64,000 nt of DNA from Octopus vulgaris (taxonomy: Eukaryota): contig OX597827.1 of assembly GCA_951406725.2 (NCBI GenBank), forward strand, positions 26,288,001 to 26,352,000, read 5' to 3'. The translations under genes and the position numbers were made by a program. Each line of letters opens with the position of its first letter. Position 1 is the first letter of the stretch. Below are positions 1 through 13,420 of the stretch, in pieces. The notes beneath the pieces were generated by a model, which saw only the letters and a program-made list of their open reading frames with translations, did no database searches and was not told the origin of the DNA.

Positions 1-241
1 GTCATTCAACAACGGTGGCCATACTGGAGCTTCGCCTTGAAGGGTAAACAGTCTACACACACACACCACAAACACATACACACACAAACACACTACATAT
101 ATATATTTATATCAAGAAGAAATTTAGATTCAGTTGAATTAGGTACTTAAGTTGGGGCACCAGAATTTAGTACGGTATTATCTATACAGTTTCAAAATAA
201 GGTGATTAAAATCAAAATAAGCAACAGGATATCTAGAGGTA

Positions 242-329
242 ATGCAGTACGATCGTTTCAAGCGACTTCATTTAATTGAAGAATGCAACCATTACATCAC
301 TTTAAATGCTGAGCAATCCTCAGCTGCAT
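242..329 (-). ncRNA. Type I hammerhead ribozyme motif with long loop/stem II, in a PLE pLTR-like fragment (about 120-420)
   Basis: Minus strand: atgcag CTGAGGA ttgc...(57 nt)...gctt GAAA cgatcg TA ctgcat. Stem I atgcag/ctgcat, palindromic stem III, stem II degenerate. Homologous to 10342-10430. Confidence 0.6.
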
Positions 330-569
330 AAATACATAGCATTAAATCAAAAATTAAAACAAATGGACACATTAGTATAATTTTATCTAAAACCTCCAAG
401 AAGGTAAGGAGATAGACAAAGAACATGCTATCTTCACTTCAGCTTAGAAGCTTCGGTATCTTTTGCCGAGCCGCTAATTTACGGGGACGTAAACACACTA
501 ACATCAGTCGTCAAGCGATGTTAGCGGGACAAACACAAACGCACAAACATACACACATGCGCGCACACA

Positions 570-614
<45 letters not shown>

Positions 615-689
615 TTATATATCACCATCACACCACATCATGCCACACCACGTCACACACCACCACCACACCACATCGCACCACACTCA

Positions 690-930
690 CATAGCTTCAT
701 TTTGGGATCACCAATACATTATTATCTCCCCTTCTTTCTAGCTCTCCTTTCTAACTACTTTTGTCCAGTCAGCCGCCATGATTGACCGCTTGCTCCATTT
801 TTTCTTAGTCTCTCTCTCTGTTTATTTCCTTTCTGTTGAACCTTCCTGAGCGTTAAACTATTACACCTGCTTGTTGCTAATATACATCTGTCCTCTTTTT
901 TCTGTTTTTCTGTAAATTTCAACTTTATTT
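690..930 (+). repeat. PLE pLTR-like short repeat, copy with the HHR core deleted (same family as 7025-7205, 42820-43065, 54120-54260)
   Basis: Shares ttttgggatcacca, cgccatga, ttcctttctgttgaa and cctgagcgttaaacta with the 42.8-43.1 kb copy, but lacks gagcgtaggctcgaaacg. Confidence 0.55.
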
Positions 931-1194
931 ATACACATACACACACATATAAGTCGCTAAAATGGAATAGTGAGAATAAATGCTCTTCATCACATTGATG
1001 GAAAAATATTCTCTATTTGTGCGCTAAGAAGGCTACGATTGTTTTCATGCCGAGGGAAATCTCAGCAATTGTTAAGCTTGTCAAACTTGTCAGGCTTATA
1101 TCTGCTTAGACTACTCTCGGCATGAAACCAGTGTTAGTCATGTGTGTGCACGCGCGTGTGTGTAAGAGAGCGTGTATGTGTATGTGTGTATGTA

Positions 1195-1330
1195 TATATG
1201 ACGGGCTTCTTTAAGTTTCCGTCCATCAAATCCATTCACAAGGCCTTGCTCAACCCGGGGCTGTCGTCAAAGATGCTTGTCCAACTTAGTACGGTGAAAC
1301 CTGAAAACATGTGATCGGAAAGCAAGCTCA
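1195..1330 (-). mobile_element. tRNA-derived SINE 5' part (family B)
   Basis: gacgggcttctttaagtttccgtc...aaatccattcacaaggcc is the reverse complement of the family-B body seen at 34521-34925. Confidence 0.6.
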
Positions 1331-1651
1331 TTGTGTTCAAATCTCGCCTGAATCGACTTTAGCCTTTAACGTTTATGAATTAAGTACCAGTTATTGACAG
1401 TAATGATACAATGTCAATGGCTATATTACCCACCCAATCCAAAACTCGTGTTTAAGTTAGTAGCCATGGCTTCGTATTTAGTGCAAAAGAACAACACAGC
1501 AAAACACAAGTGTTAAACCAGAATTAGTTGTGTTATATCTATATGCTTTAATGTATCAGAGCTGCATAATTTTATCACATCCAGTCCAAAAGGACTGATG
1601 TAGAGAACCCGATGTAGGTAGAATATGTGTAACGGTGAGTATCTCTTTCCC

Positions 1652-1684
<33 letters not shown>

Positions 1685-2100
1685 TTATCTATCTATCTAT
1701 CTACCTATCTGACTGTCTGTCCGTCCGTCCGTCTGTCTGTTTGTCTTTCTGTCTACCCATCCAGTCAGCCATCCGTCTATCTATCAATCTATTTATCTGT
1801 CTATCTGTATGCCTATTTCTCTGTCTATCTGTCCATCTGTTTGGCTGTCAGTGTATCCATCTACCCACCCATCTATCTATTTATCTATCTAGCTATCTAC
1901 CTGCCTGTCTGTCTGTATGTCTATCTATCCGTCCTTCTCTCTATGTATCTCTGTATGTGAGTAAGTATATTCAATATTCATCACGTACACGCGGTGTCAC
2001 ACATGCATACCAGCCTGAATCTATATGCATATAATGTGTGTATACAAATATACACAGACACAAATACACACCTATATACATATATCATTCACCTACTTAA

Positions 2101-2137
<37 letters not shown>

Positions 2138-2624
2138 TATATACTTACACACACACACACACCTATATATATGCATACGTACATATATTCATACATACAT
2201 GGATGCGTGCAGATGTTCATATATACAAAAACATACATGTTGTGTGTAACGTAATTATTTTGACGCAAAAGCAATCTATTAGATGCATATTAAGATATTT
2301 ACTTTGATATTTATTTTTAATATTTATTTCAATGAGTATTTCTTGTTTCTTTTTCTCAATCCGCTTGTTTACATAATTTACGCTGCAAATAGATAAGTCA
2401 ACATGAATTTTTTTCGGCCCTCTCATGAACCTTTTTACTGCGTATATCTCGATAAGGTATTTTACGAACCATTCATTCATCTATCTATATATCTGTGTAT
2501 TTATCTGTCTATCTGTTTGTCTGTCTGTTTCTTTGTATTTTTCTCTATCTCATTGTCTATTTATACATCAATGTATCCATCTCACTGTTCAATCTTCTAT
2601 CACTCCCTCTATCTACCTACCTAC

Positions 2625-2710
<86 letters not shown>

Positions 2711-2857
2711 GTCTATCAGTTTATCCACCTATCTGTCTGTCTGTTTGTCTGCTTTGTAGCTCTCCATGACTCCACCCATACATCCATCCAGCAATCTATC
2801 CCTCTCTCTATCAATCTGTCTGCCCATCCCTCTTTCCACTTCTCTCTCTATGTCTTC

Positions 2858-2894
<37 letters not shown>

Positions 2895-3589
2895 GTCTCT
2901 CTACTCAATCTATCAATCAATCTATCTATCTATCAGTTTGTGCGTGTGTATATATATATATATAAATGATTTTCCGTCACTCAAACGAATACATAGATTG
3001 GGGAAAGCATTCTACCAGTGAATGAGTCGACGGCCTCTTGCTTCCAGTCTTTCAGATAACATCCAACGTGTCAACACTCTCAAGAAAGAACATAAAAAAA
3101 ATGCGAAACGCGTCTTCGGAGAATTGATGGAAATCGGAGGTCAATGATGGCCTTAGAACAACAAGTTTGCAAAACTATTCCAAGTATTTCGCATAGTTTT
3201 CTCTTATCAGAATTAAAACACGTCGCTTCATTTTCTCCAATAAATTTGTAAAATTATATAGAAAAACATTCATTAGGCTTATTTATTTTTTAAAATTCGT
3301 TTATTTTTAATTTTGAGCTGGTAATGTTGTTACTCTTCTTATTTTTATTCTATGTTTAATTTAATTTGATTTTATTGTTATTTTTTAAAATATTATTTTA
3401 TTTCCAAGTAGGGCTTAAATGACAAATTCGAAATGTCAGGCACTCGCGCTTCAAGGTAGAGATCAAAAGAGTTTCTCGACAGACACACAAATAAAGTAAC
3501 ACAAACAACAATTATTTTTTTAAAATCTAATAATAATAATAACAATCACATCATATGTGACATATGTGAAGGCGACAGAGGACAAAACA

Positions 3590-3646
<57 letters not shown>

Positions 3647-3821
3647 AAATAATTATAATGATAAGAACAACAACAATAATGATAATAATGATAATAACAA
3701 CAACAACCATAATGATATGATAATAACAATAACCCAGAAAAAGCACCGAAAATATTTGAAATATTGAATATAAAATCTAGACATTGATGTCATAAAATTA
3801 ATAGATTGCTTGGAGTTATCT

Positions 3822-3867
<46 letters not shown>

Positions 3868-4339
3868 GCAATAATAATAGCAATAATAATAATAGTAATA
3901 ATAATAATAGTAATAATTATAATAACAACAATAATAATAATAATAATAATAATAACAATATTAATAATAATAGTAATAGTAATAATAATAATAATAATGA
4001 TAATAATAATAATAATAGTAATAATACCAACAACAACAACGACAATAATAATAATAATAATAGTAATAATAATAATAATAATAACAATATTAATAATAAT
4101 AGAAGTTTTGTTTTGTTTTGTTTTTCCAGTTTCAGCTCTTGAGCTGTGGCCATGCTGGGGCACCGCCATTGTGGTGAAAGAGTACAGCAGGGATCACCAC
4201 CCCCTGCCGGAGCCTCGTAGAGCTTTTAGGTGTTTTCGCTCAATAAACACACACAACGCCCGGTCTGAGAATCGAAACCGCGATCCTGCGACCGCGAGTC
4301 CGCTGCCCTAACCACTAGGCCATTGCGCCTCTACAGAAG

Positions 4340-4370
<31 letters not shown>

Positions 4371-4504
4371 AGTAATAATAATAATAGCAGTAGTAATAAT
4401 AATAATAGTAGTAGTAGTAGTAGTAGTTATAGTATTAGTAGTAGTAGTAGTAATATTAGTAGTAGTAGTAGTAGTAGTAGTAATAATAATAATAGTAATA
4501 ATGA

Positions 4505-4575
<71 letters not shown>

Positions 4576-4635
4576 ATAATAATAATAACAACAATAATAA
4601 TAATGACAATGATAATGATAATGATAATAATAATG
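3822..4635. repeat. Compound (AAT)n/(AGT)n microsatellite region
   Basis: Direct reading; interrupted by the SINE at 4170-4335. Confidence 0.9.
4170..4335 (-). mobile_element. tRNA-derived SINE 5' part (family A)
   Basis: The reverse complement begins gaggcgcaatggcctagtggttagggcagcggactcgcggtcgcaggatcgcggtttcgattctc, with tRNA-like A and B boxes. Same family as 55461. Confidence 0.8.
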
Positions 4636-4965
4636 GTAGGCTCGCTCTGTAGGTAGTGCAGCAAATTCCTGAACATCTATCGTGTCATTTCAAATACTAT
4701 TGTATATCATTGATTATTTCTGTCGATGGATTTGCTTTTCTCTCCCAACGCTAGGCTTGATATCTAGGACGGTGGTGGTGATGGTCCGGGTGGGGTTGGG
4801 AATGATGAGACGATTTCGGTGCTTTGTCACACTGAAAGATTTAGAAACATACTGGGAGTACAAAGATGTCGTCGTTGATTTACGATGAGAATGATGGCGA
4901 TGATGACAACGATGCTAATGTCGACCAGAATCTTGATCAGGGTCACGATTATGAAGCAATAAGAA

Positions 4966-5034
<69 letters not shown>

Positions 5035-5037
<3 letters not shown>

Positions 5038-6190
5038 AAGGAGAAGGAGGGGAGGAGGAGGAGGAGAAGAAGATGAAGAAGAAGATGAAGAAGAAGAAGG
5101 AGGAGGAAGAGGAGGAAGAGAAAAAAAAAAGAAGAAAATGAAGAAAGAGTAGAGGAAGAAGAAGGAGGTGAAGTAAAAGAAGAAGAGGAAGCGGATGAAT
5201 AAGGAGGAGGAGGAGAAGAAGAAGAAGAAGAAGAAGGAGGAGGAGGAGGAGAAGACGTAGAAGAAGGAGAAGAAGAAGAAGAAGAAGGAGGAGGAGGCGG
5301 AGGAGAAGAAGAAGTAGAAGAAGAAGAAGAAGGAGAAGAAGAAGAAGAAGAAGAAGAAGAAGGAGAAGAATAAAAAGGAGAAGGAGGAAGAGAAGGAGGA
5401 GGAGATGAAGTAGAAGAAGAAGAAGAAGAAGAAGAAGAAAGAGAAGGGGAGAAGGAGGAGAAGAAGAAGAAGAAGAAGAAGAAAGAGAAGGGGAGAAGGA
5501 GGAGAAGAAGAAGAAGAAGAAGAAGAAAGAGGAGAAGGGGGAAAGGAGGAGAAGAAGAAGAAGAAGAAAGAGGAGAAGGGGAGAAGGAGGAGAAGAAGAA
5601 GAAGAAGAAGAAGAGGAAGGAGGAGGAGGGGAAGAAAAAGAATGAGGAGGAGAAGGAGGAGAAGGGGAGAAGGAGAAGGAGAAGGAGAAGAAGAAGAAGA
5701 ATGAGAAGAAGAAGGAGAAGAAGAAGGAGAAGAAGAATAAAAAGGAGAAGGAGGAGGAGAAGGAGGAGGAGGAGGAGAAGAAGAAGGAGAAGAAGAGAAA
5801 GGAGGAGGAGGAGAAGAAGGAGAAGGATGAGGAGGAGGAGGAGGGGAGAAGGAGGAGGAGAAGAAGAAGAAGAAGAAGAGGAAGGAGGAGAAGAAGAAGG
5901 AGGAGAATGGGGAGAAGAAGGAGGAGGAGAAGAAGTAGAAGAGGAGGAAGGAGGAGAAGAAGAAGAAGAAGGATGAGGAGGAGAAGGAGGAGAAGGGGGA
6001 GAAGTAGGAGGAGGAGAAGAAGTAGAAGAGGAGGAAGGAGGAGAAGAAGAAGAAGGAGGAGAAGAAGAAGAAGAAGAAGGAGGAGGAGGAGGATGAGAAG
6101 GAGAAGAAGAAGAAGGAGAAGAAGAAGAAGAAGAAGAAGAAGAAGAAGAAGAAGAAGAAGAAGAAGAAGAAGAAGAAGAAGAAGAAGGGG
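5035..6190 (+). repeat. ~1.15-kb polypurine (GAA/GGA)n tract
   Basis: Almost exclusively G and A on the + strand. Confidence 0.95.
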
Positions 6191-6630
6191 AAGTTCTGTC
6201 CTCCAGTTCTTTTCGTGTTCTACCTTCTTGATAAACCCTCCCCTCCCTCATTCCTTATAGAGCAATAATTTTCAGCTTCTGCATCTTGTAAACCCGAATG
6301 TAAGTTTTTCACGAAGAACCAGTAGTTGTTGACTCACGATACATGAGGTTACCATTGTTGCCTTGAGATGTCTTTTTTAAATATTATTGTTTAAATTTCA
6401 TTTATTTATCGTACATTGTGTTACTCATCGATTTTAGACAATCTTTTGTGTTTAGATATTAAGTCAACGTGATCCTCGCCTCATCGAGTATCTTTTGCGA
6501 TGGGTTGATCAACTTTATGGGAAATTCGTTCTTGGGTGATATCTTTATAATAAACCCCACCACAAAAACACGAAAATTGAGACACACATCGATTGTGAAA
6601 GTAAATTCGATTTGTCCAACGACATACGTA

Positions 6631-6727
<97 letters not shown>

Positions 6728-6983
6728 ATAATGTATTCTTAAACGCATGATAATACAATACCATGAACAAGATAAACTATCCGTGTATTGGAGAAAAAAA
6801 TTCGTTACCGTCCAGCCATAAGACTAGAACACACATCCCTGTGATTACGCGTTAAGTGCTTTATATCTAAGCTAAACTGCCAAGTAACAAACTGCTCTGA
6901 AATTATATGATTTATAAATCTATCTTTATAAGACATCTCAACGCTTTTAAAGCAAACTTTGTTTACTTTCGTCGTAAGTTGAA

Positions 6984-7031
<48 letters not shown>

Positions 7032-7110
7032 GAGAATTCACAAAAAAACAAAAGTCGAAGACAGGTGGTGTAACAAACGTGTATTAGTTTAACGCTCGGA
7101 AAGTGAAAGA

Positions 7111-7149
7111 GTCTTTAACGTTTCGAGCCTACGCTCTTCCACAGAAGGG
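7111..7149 (-). ncRNA. Minimal HHR-like motif, variant core CUGUGGA(A)
   Basis: Minus strand: cctt CTGTGGAA gagc gtag gctc GAAA cg TT aaag. Confidence 0.45.
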
Positions 7150-7722
7150 AATACAAAATGAAAGAGGGAGAGAAAATAAAGAACGTGTAGTGGCTAGCGA
7201 TGCAAAAGTGTCGCAAGTCCAAACCGCTTCACCATTCCATTTCTTTTTACATTAGTAACAGTTTCAGACAAGCAATAATAATTGGTTGGGTGCATAAAAG
7301 TCCTAGCTCCGTGCATGTATGAAATATTTTTGCAAAACTGTCGTATGTGGGACTTACTACACTTTTGAAAAATGATAAACCATTTTACTACACTTTGCCA
7401 ATTTTCATATCTTGCCATCTGAAGCAACTGGAGATACGACAGTTTGACCAAAATAACAGACTATTACAAGCATAGTTAGATATTAAAAAACAGAAAAAAA
7501 CGCATTTGCCCAAATTTGACTTACGGCAGTTTAAGATAATAGCAACGATATGTGTATATATGTACAATAAATTCATTAACAAAAATTAACAAGAATTTTA
7601 TCAGTGACATTGGTGCTTCAGTTAAGTACAGCTAAGCCATCATTAGACTGATAATGGTTTCCCTGGCCGAAACTTCGAAGTCACACTCAATACTAATCTT
7701 GTTAAAGAATAATTAACTTGCA

Positions 7723-9932
7723 GGTGAGACCGGGGCTGGTTGACTACATTTTTTACATTTTCACTCACAGAGCAATCCTCTTTAATGCATTCTACTGCAT
7801 CTTGTATTACACGCATAAATCAACCACAGCAGAAGACTTACGAAGCTTATTGTCTGGATTTATATTTTGTGCATTTTCTAAGACCACTTAAATGGGGTAT
7901 GTTGACACATGAATGCATTTTCTTGGAACATACATGTTAGTGGACAGAAACACACGATATTATCTTGTTGGTTTGATCAAGAGACTTTATTACAGTTTCA
8001 TTACAATTTGGGCATGTGAATATTGTCAGACCTGGTGTGCATGCCTCGTGAGTCCAACCTTTACAATCAGAGCATTGAAGCCACACTTCCCTTCCTTTGC
8101 TGTTGGAAAAAGGCTCGCAGCACACTAAGCAATAGCACCCTTCCTCATCAGAAGTATCACTTTCTTGAATTTGAACTTTTTTCTTGACAGTTGGACCTTT
8201 TCCCTTCGTTGACCTGCCCTTACTGAGTCCCTTTCCTATCGTTCCTTTATCAATGTTTGTCTTCTTTTTACTTTTACTTTTTGCCTTTTCTTCTATGATT
8301 GCTATTTTAACCGGCGAGTCAGTGAGGATTTCAGGACAAAGTTTCCTTCTTCCTCTGGTTGATTCTTTCGTAGGGCCTGTTTTGGGTAGTGGACGGATTT
8401 GAAATGGTGACAGAAAAGACCTGGCGGCTATCTTGCTTGAAGGCCCAGGTGTTGCAGGTGCTGAAGGCCCAGGAGCTGTGTGTGCAGTGAGGTGGGAAAG
8501 AAAGCATGGTGATGCCATTGTCTGATGCATAACTCAGCCCCTCGATACTAAGGTGGGAATCGTGATTGTCCAGCAAGAGAAGGCACGGTGACTGCTTTGA
8601 ACATTTCACATTCCTCACAAAGTGTTGAAGGAATTTCAGAAACTGCTCCTCACACATCCAACTAGATGGATTAACATCTCCATCGCTGCCTGATGGTCCA
8701 TTGTTCAGGGAATGTGGCCTAAAGTTCTTCCGGGGAAAAACAAAAAACGGTGGTATGCTGTTTCCAGCGGCATTTACACAGCATGCCAATGTGACCAGAG
8801 TTCCCCTCTCTGCACTTGTCATTTTTCCCACTTCGCTTTGTTCCTTTTCTGGCAATAACTCTATCGGGGCGCTGCACAGTTGTTATACCAGTTTCATCCA
8901 TGTTGTAGATATTGAATGGATCAAATTTATACCGAAGCATCACCTCAGCAAGTTGGTAGAAAAACATAGCAACATTTGTCTTGTTGAAACTTGTTGCTCG
9001 TGCCAAGCTTGTTGCCTGTGGACTTCTTGTGGATAAATTCTTGTGTCGTTGAAGATATCCAGAGAACCAGTCTTCACCTGCCATTTCTGTCTCATGCCAG
9101 GTTGGAGGGATATTACATCCATCTGCCTTTGCCATCTGAGAAGCTAATTTCCGCACATCCTTTGGAGCAAGCCCATAGTAATTTCTGCGGCAGCCAAAAC
9201 AAAAGCCTCTAACTGATTCTCGAACTCGTCGGCGAGAAATTGCCGTGGCTTTTTATATCCACTAAGACTGTGATCGTTGTTGTTTGCTTCAGCGGCCTTG
9301 GTGCAGAAGCGAGACAGATTTTAAAGGGATGCCAAATGTCCTCGAAGCTTGCCGCAAGGAGATGGCACGAGCTCGGACCTGTTGAATATCCTGTTGGATT
9401 ACATCCTGTGGAAGGGTTGCCTTCTCGCTTTTGCGTTTGTAGTGTCGCACCATGACAATTGTAGATCTAGGTCTGTAAAGAGAGAGAGGGGGGAGAAAAA
9501 AAGCAATTTAGTTCATTGCATAATCCAACAGTGAAAGCAAAACGAAGCTCTGAGTGTTTACCTACTTTTCAGTTTCAAGCATGCCTGGTCACGGCATAAC
9601 TTCATGCTTATATATCAGTGGTACAGGTTACAAAGCTGAGGCCGTAGACAAACTGTTGACAAAGTAGGTAGCGGTATGACGATAGAATAGGTTCGTTTAG
9701 ATAAAGAGAGCTGATCTAAAACTATAGCAAACAATACATAAATTACTCAATGAATTGATCCAATGTACCAGACATGAATCAAATAGCAAACACTCTTAGT
9801 TAAAATGGGACAGATACAGTTTGTGAATCAATGTAAGCAACACCTACAACAACTTTATCACAGGTTGGAGCAAGTTAACACGCTGTGTCAACGTGCCTCT
9901 GTTTACATGTGTCAACTTGCCCCGGTCTCCCC
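7723..9932 (-). mobile_element. pogo/Tigger-like (Tc1/mariner superfamily) DNA transposon with ~23-bp TIRs
   Basis: Left ggtgagaccggggctggttgac (7723) versus right gtcaacttgccccggtctcccc|TA (9911-9934). Subterminal repeats at 9861-9920. Encloses the transposase remnant. Confidence 0.8.
7937..9453 (-). pseudogene. Frameshifted, internally deleted transposase: HTH_psq + CENP-B-type HTH + DDE_1 + C-terminal PHD finger
   Basis: ATG at 9453 gives MVRHYKRKSEK...SLRQASRTFGIP; then AGEDWFSGYLQRH, IYNMDETG, CVNAAGNSIPP, LLLLDNHDSH, SFPPHCTH; C-terminal CLVC..WLQCSDCKGWTHEAC..FTCPNC. Confidence 0.88.
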
Positions 9933-10049
9933 TACTCTACCTTTGAATGATTTTTCAATTTAATGTAAAATTGTATTTATTATAACATAAACGCAACAAA
10001 CAGAAATATAGATATTTATACATATATACGTATGTATATACATATATAA

Positions 10050-10150
<101 letters not shown>

Positions 10151-10341
10151 TATATATATGTATATATATATATTAGTTCAGCAAAATTTAGATTCAGATG
10201 AATATGGTAGTTAAGTTAAAGGCAACAGAATTTTGAATGGTATTATCCATATAAATCAAATGGGGTAATTATAATCAAAATAAGCAACAAGGATATCCAA
10301 GGTAGTGTAGTACAAATGTCCGTTTAATTAAAAATTCTATA

Positions 10342-10430
10342 TGTGGCTGAAGATTGCCCGACATTTTAAAATTGATGTAATACTTACAGTGTTTAATTAA
10401 ATGAAGTAGCATGAAACAATTGTACTGCAC
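10342..10430 (+). ncRNA. Type I HHR motif in a fold-back pLTR fragment (10184-10465)
   Basis: tgtgg CTGAAGA ttgc...gcat GAAA caattg TA ctgca. Palindromic stem III caattg versus cgatcg in the 242-329 homolog. Confidence 0.6.
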
Positions 10431-10509
10431 TACTTTGGATATCCTTGTTGCTTATTTTGATTATATATGTGTATATATATATATATAAAAAGGGGTAAAG
10501 ACCATGAAT

Positions 10510-10742
10510 GACCATGGGATTGCACCTAGAAAGTTACCCTCCGAGGCACAAGTCCGGGCAAGGTTATTTATGGAAGACCAGCAGTCGCCCATGCATACCA
10601 GCCTCCCCTCTCCACACCACCAGTGTTATCCAAGGGAAAGACAAAGGTCGATACAGCTTGGCACCAGTGACGTCGCAACTCATTTCTACAGCTGAGTGAA
10701 CTGGAGCAACGTGAAATAAAGTGCCTTGCTCAAGAACACAAC
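10510..10742 (-). mobile_element. SINE body/tail (family D)
   Basis: catgggattgcacctagaaag...ctggagcaacgtgaaataaagtg.cttgctcaagaacac recurs at 13038-13240. Confidence 0.65.
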
Positions 10743-10803
<61 letters not shown>

Positions 10804-11175
10804 ATATATATGGAGTATAGTTATGCAATGCTAATTATTTAGAATGTATTCAGGAAATTTTCAACAATTCTATAAATGTAATTATAGAAGGAAATTAAAA
10901 GGACCCAAAATGGGGCAGAATTATAGCAGGTTTAGCATTTTCTTTGTTAAAAATGTATGGAATATTTGAACATATATAGCCATTAAAGAGTTCTACATCA
11001 AACAGAAATACATTCTACTTTTAGAAATGCAGAGATACGAGAATGAAGTTTTCCAATGAAAATATCGTAGGATATAACATAATTCACTTGTAAGATTTCT
11101 GCAAGGAGAGAGAGTCTTTCAACCCAGGAGGGAATCAGATGAAGTCGACCAAATTTTACATAGATATGTAAAATA

Positions 11176-11277
<102 letters not shown>

Positions 11278-11346
11278 GCACACACACACACACACACACA
11301 GATATAAGGATACGTATGTACATGTATATGCAAATATATACACATA

Positions 11347-12591
11347 CGAGGGGCATTCAATAAGTAATGCCCCTGACCCACTTCCCATAGCAGTAGAGGA
11401 ACGAAACTTGGCACAGTTATTAGTCTTTTCCGACATAGGAAGCACCCTGAGTTACGCATTTCTCCCATCGTTTGATGCAGCTCTGAAGACCGTTTTTGTA
11501 GAAGACCCCAGCTTGGTCCTCCAACCACGACGTGACTTCAGAAACCAAGGCTGCATTACCTGGGAAACGTTTTCCTTTCAAAAACAACTTCATGGCTGGG
11601 AAGAGGTGAAAATCAGAGGGTGCAAGGTCAAGAGAGTAGGGGGATGGGGGAGGAGTTCATAGCCGCACGCCTGTGCTTCTGATCTGGCGACATGCGAGTT
11701 GTGGACCGGATCATTGTCCTGCAGGAGGAGGATGCCTTTGCTGATCTTGCTCAGCCTCTTGATTTTGATAGCTTCTCTTAATTTCCTCAAAAATGAAGCA
11801 TAATAGGCTCCTGTAATTGTGGCACACTTTGCCAGGAAATCTGTCATCACTACTCCATCCTGGTCCCAGAAGACTGTGAGTATGTCCTTGCCAACGGAGG
11901 GCTGCACCCTTGCCTTCTTTGGAGGAGGTGAGTCACGGTGCTTCCCTTGCATTGAGTGGGCTTTGGTCTATGGATCATAGTGATGGACCCAGATTTCATC
12001 CTGTGCAATCAGTCTTTTGAAAAACTTTGACTCATCTTCTTGGCACATCTCCAAATTCATCCTCGAGCACTCGACGTGTTCTTGCTTCTGAAAAGGTGTG
12101 AACAACCTGGGAATCCATCTGGAAGACAACCTTTGCATATGCAAAAGGTCATGAATGATAGTTTCCACAGACCCGGTACTAATCTTGACCTAATGGGCTA
12201 TTTGGCGAATAATTATGCGTCGATCTTCCAAAATGGCAGCCTCAACTTGACGGACAGATGCCCCATCAATGGCAGAGTTCCGACCATGTTTGAATTCACG
12301 ATGCCAACGTTTATGATGGGGCATCATCACCATAAGTTACTTTCATTTCATTAAAAGTCTCCCATGGTGTGCGTCCTTTCAAATACAAAAACCGTATCAC
12401 TGCTCGACACTCTAAAAGCTCCATTTCACACTTGACTAAGTTCAAACACCTGGAAATCAGAAACCACAATTAGTTCAGAGCCGTAATTCACCATGTAATC
12501 TATAGAGATATGAATAATTGCACCTGCAAAATTTCAGCAAGATCAATCAACTGCAAGTTGGTCAGGAGCATTACTTATTGAACGCCCCTCG
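11347..12591 (-). mobile_element. Full-length mariner element (1245 bp) with ~33-bp TIRs and TA target duplication
   Basis: TA|cgaggggcattcaataagtaatgcccctgacc ... ggtcaggagcattacttattgaacgcccctcg|TA. Confidence 0.93.
11420..12424 (-). pseudogene. Degenerate mariner DD34D-type transposase
   Basis: MELLECRAVIRFLYLKG start, WIPRLF (WVPRLL-like), QDEIWVHHYDP, VFWDQDGVV, LLQDNDPVH, HPP..LAPSDF region. Several stops and frameshifts. Confidence 0.9.
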
Positions 12592-12628
12592 TACATACAC
12601 AACACACATACGCACAGACACACATTTG

Positions 12629-12699
<71 letters not shown>

Positions 12700-12821
12700 C
12701 ACCGTGATCACTGTGACCGACCAGGCTATCAGATATTGCTACACATCGCTGGTCACAATGCGCTTTGCATTGTTTTAGCCTTCAAGTGACGTCACCCCGC
12801 TGGCTAAGCGAGCAGGCCAAA

Positions 12822-12869
<48 letters not shown>

Positions 12870-13009
12870 GTATAACATACATATCTGCATACATATACAC
12901 ACGTATGAAATATGTGTATATATACACATACATTCATATATACATACATATACATGCATACTCACACACACACACACAGATAGATAGATAAATTGATGGA
13001 TATAGATAT

Positions 13010-13335
13010 ATAAAGACACCTCTCGCTCACGAATTTTCATGGGATTGCACCTAGAAAGTCCCTCTCTAGCAAGGTTGTTCTTGCATAACAATCCGTCGCT
13101 AACGCTTTCCAGCCTCCCCACTGATATCATCGAAGGGAAATGCAAAGTCCGATACAGCTTGACACCAGTGAAGTTGCAACACATTTCTACAGCTGGTTTA
13201 ACTGAAGCAACGTGAAAAAGTGTCTTGCTCAAGAACACATCACGCAGCCTGGTCCAGGAATCAATCTCAAAACTTCAGGTCTATTAGCCCGAAATAAGGT
13301 GCAATCCCATGAGCATTCGTGAGCGAGAGGTGTCT

Positions 13336-13340
<5 letters not shown>
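13010..13340 (-). mobile_element. Family-D SINE bracketed by an inverted duplicate of its own 3' end
   Basis: ataaagacacctctcgctcacgaattttcatgggattgcacct (13010-13052) versus aggtgcaatcccatgagcattcgtgagcgagaggtgtctttat (13297-13339). Confidence 0.7.

Positions 13341-13420
<80 letters not shown>

Noticed and set aside
4250-4335. tRNA-like A/B boxes here and in other SINE heads as tRNA genes
   Set aside because: No complete cloverleaf; each continues into a repeated SINE body.
4827-6251. 474-aa ORF, the longest in the track
   Set aside because: Translation of the (CTT/CCT)n strand of the polypurine tract, giving homopolymeric S/L/F/Y.
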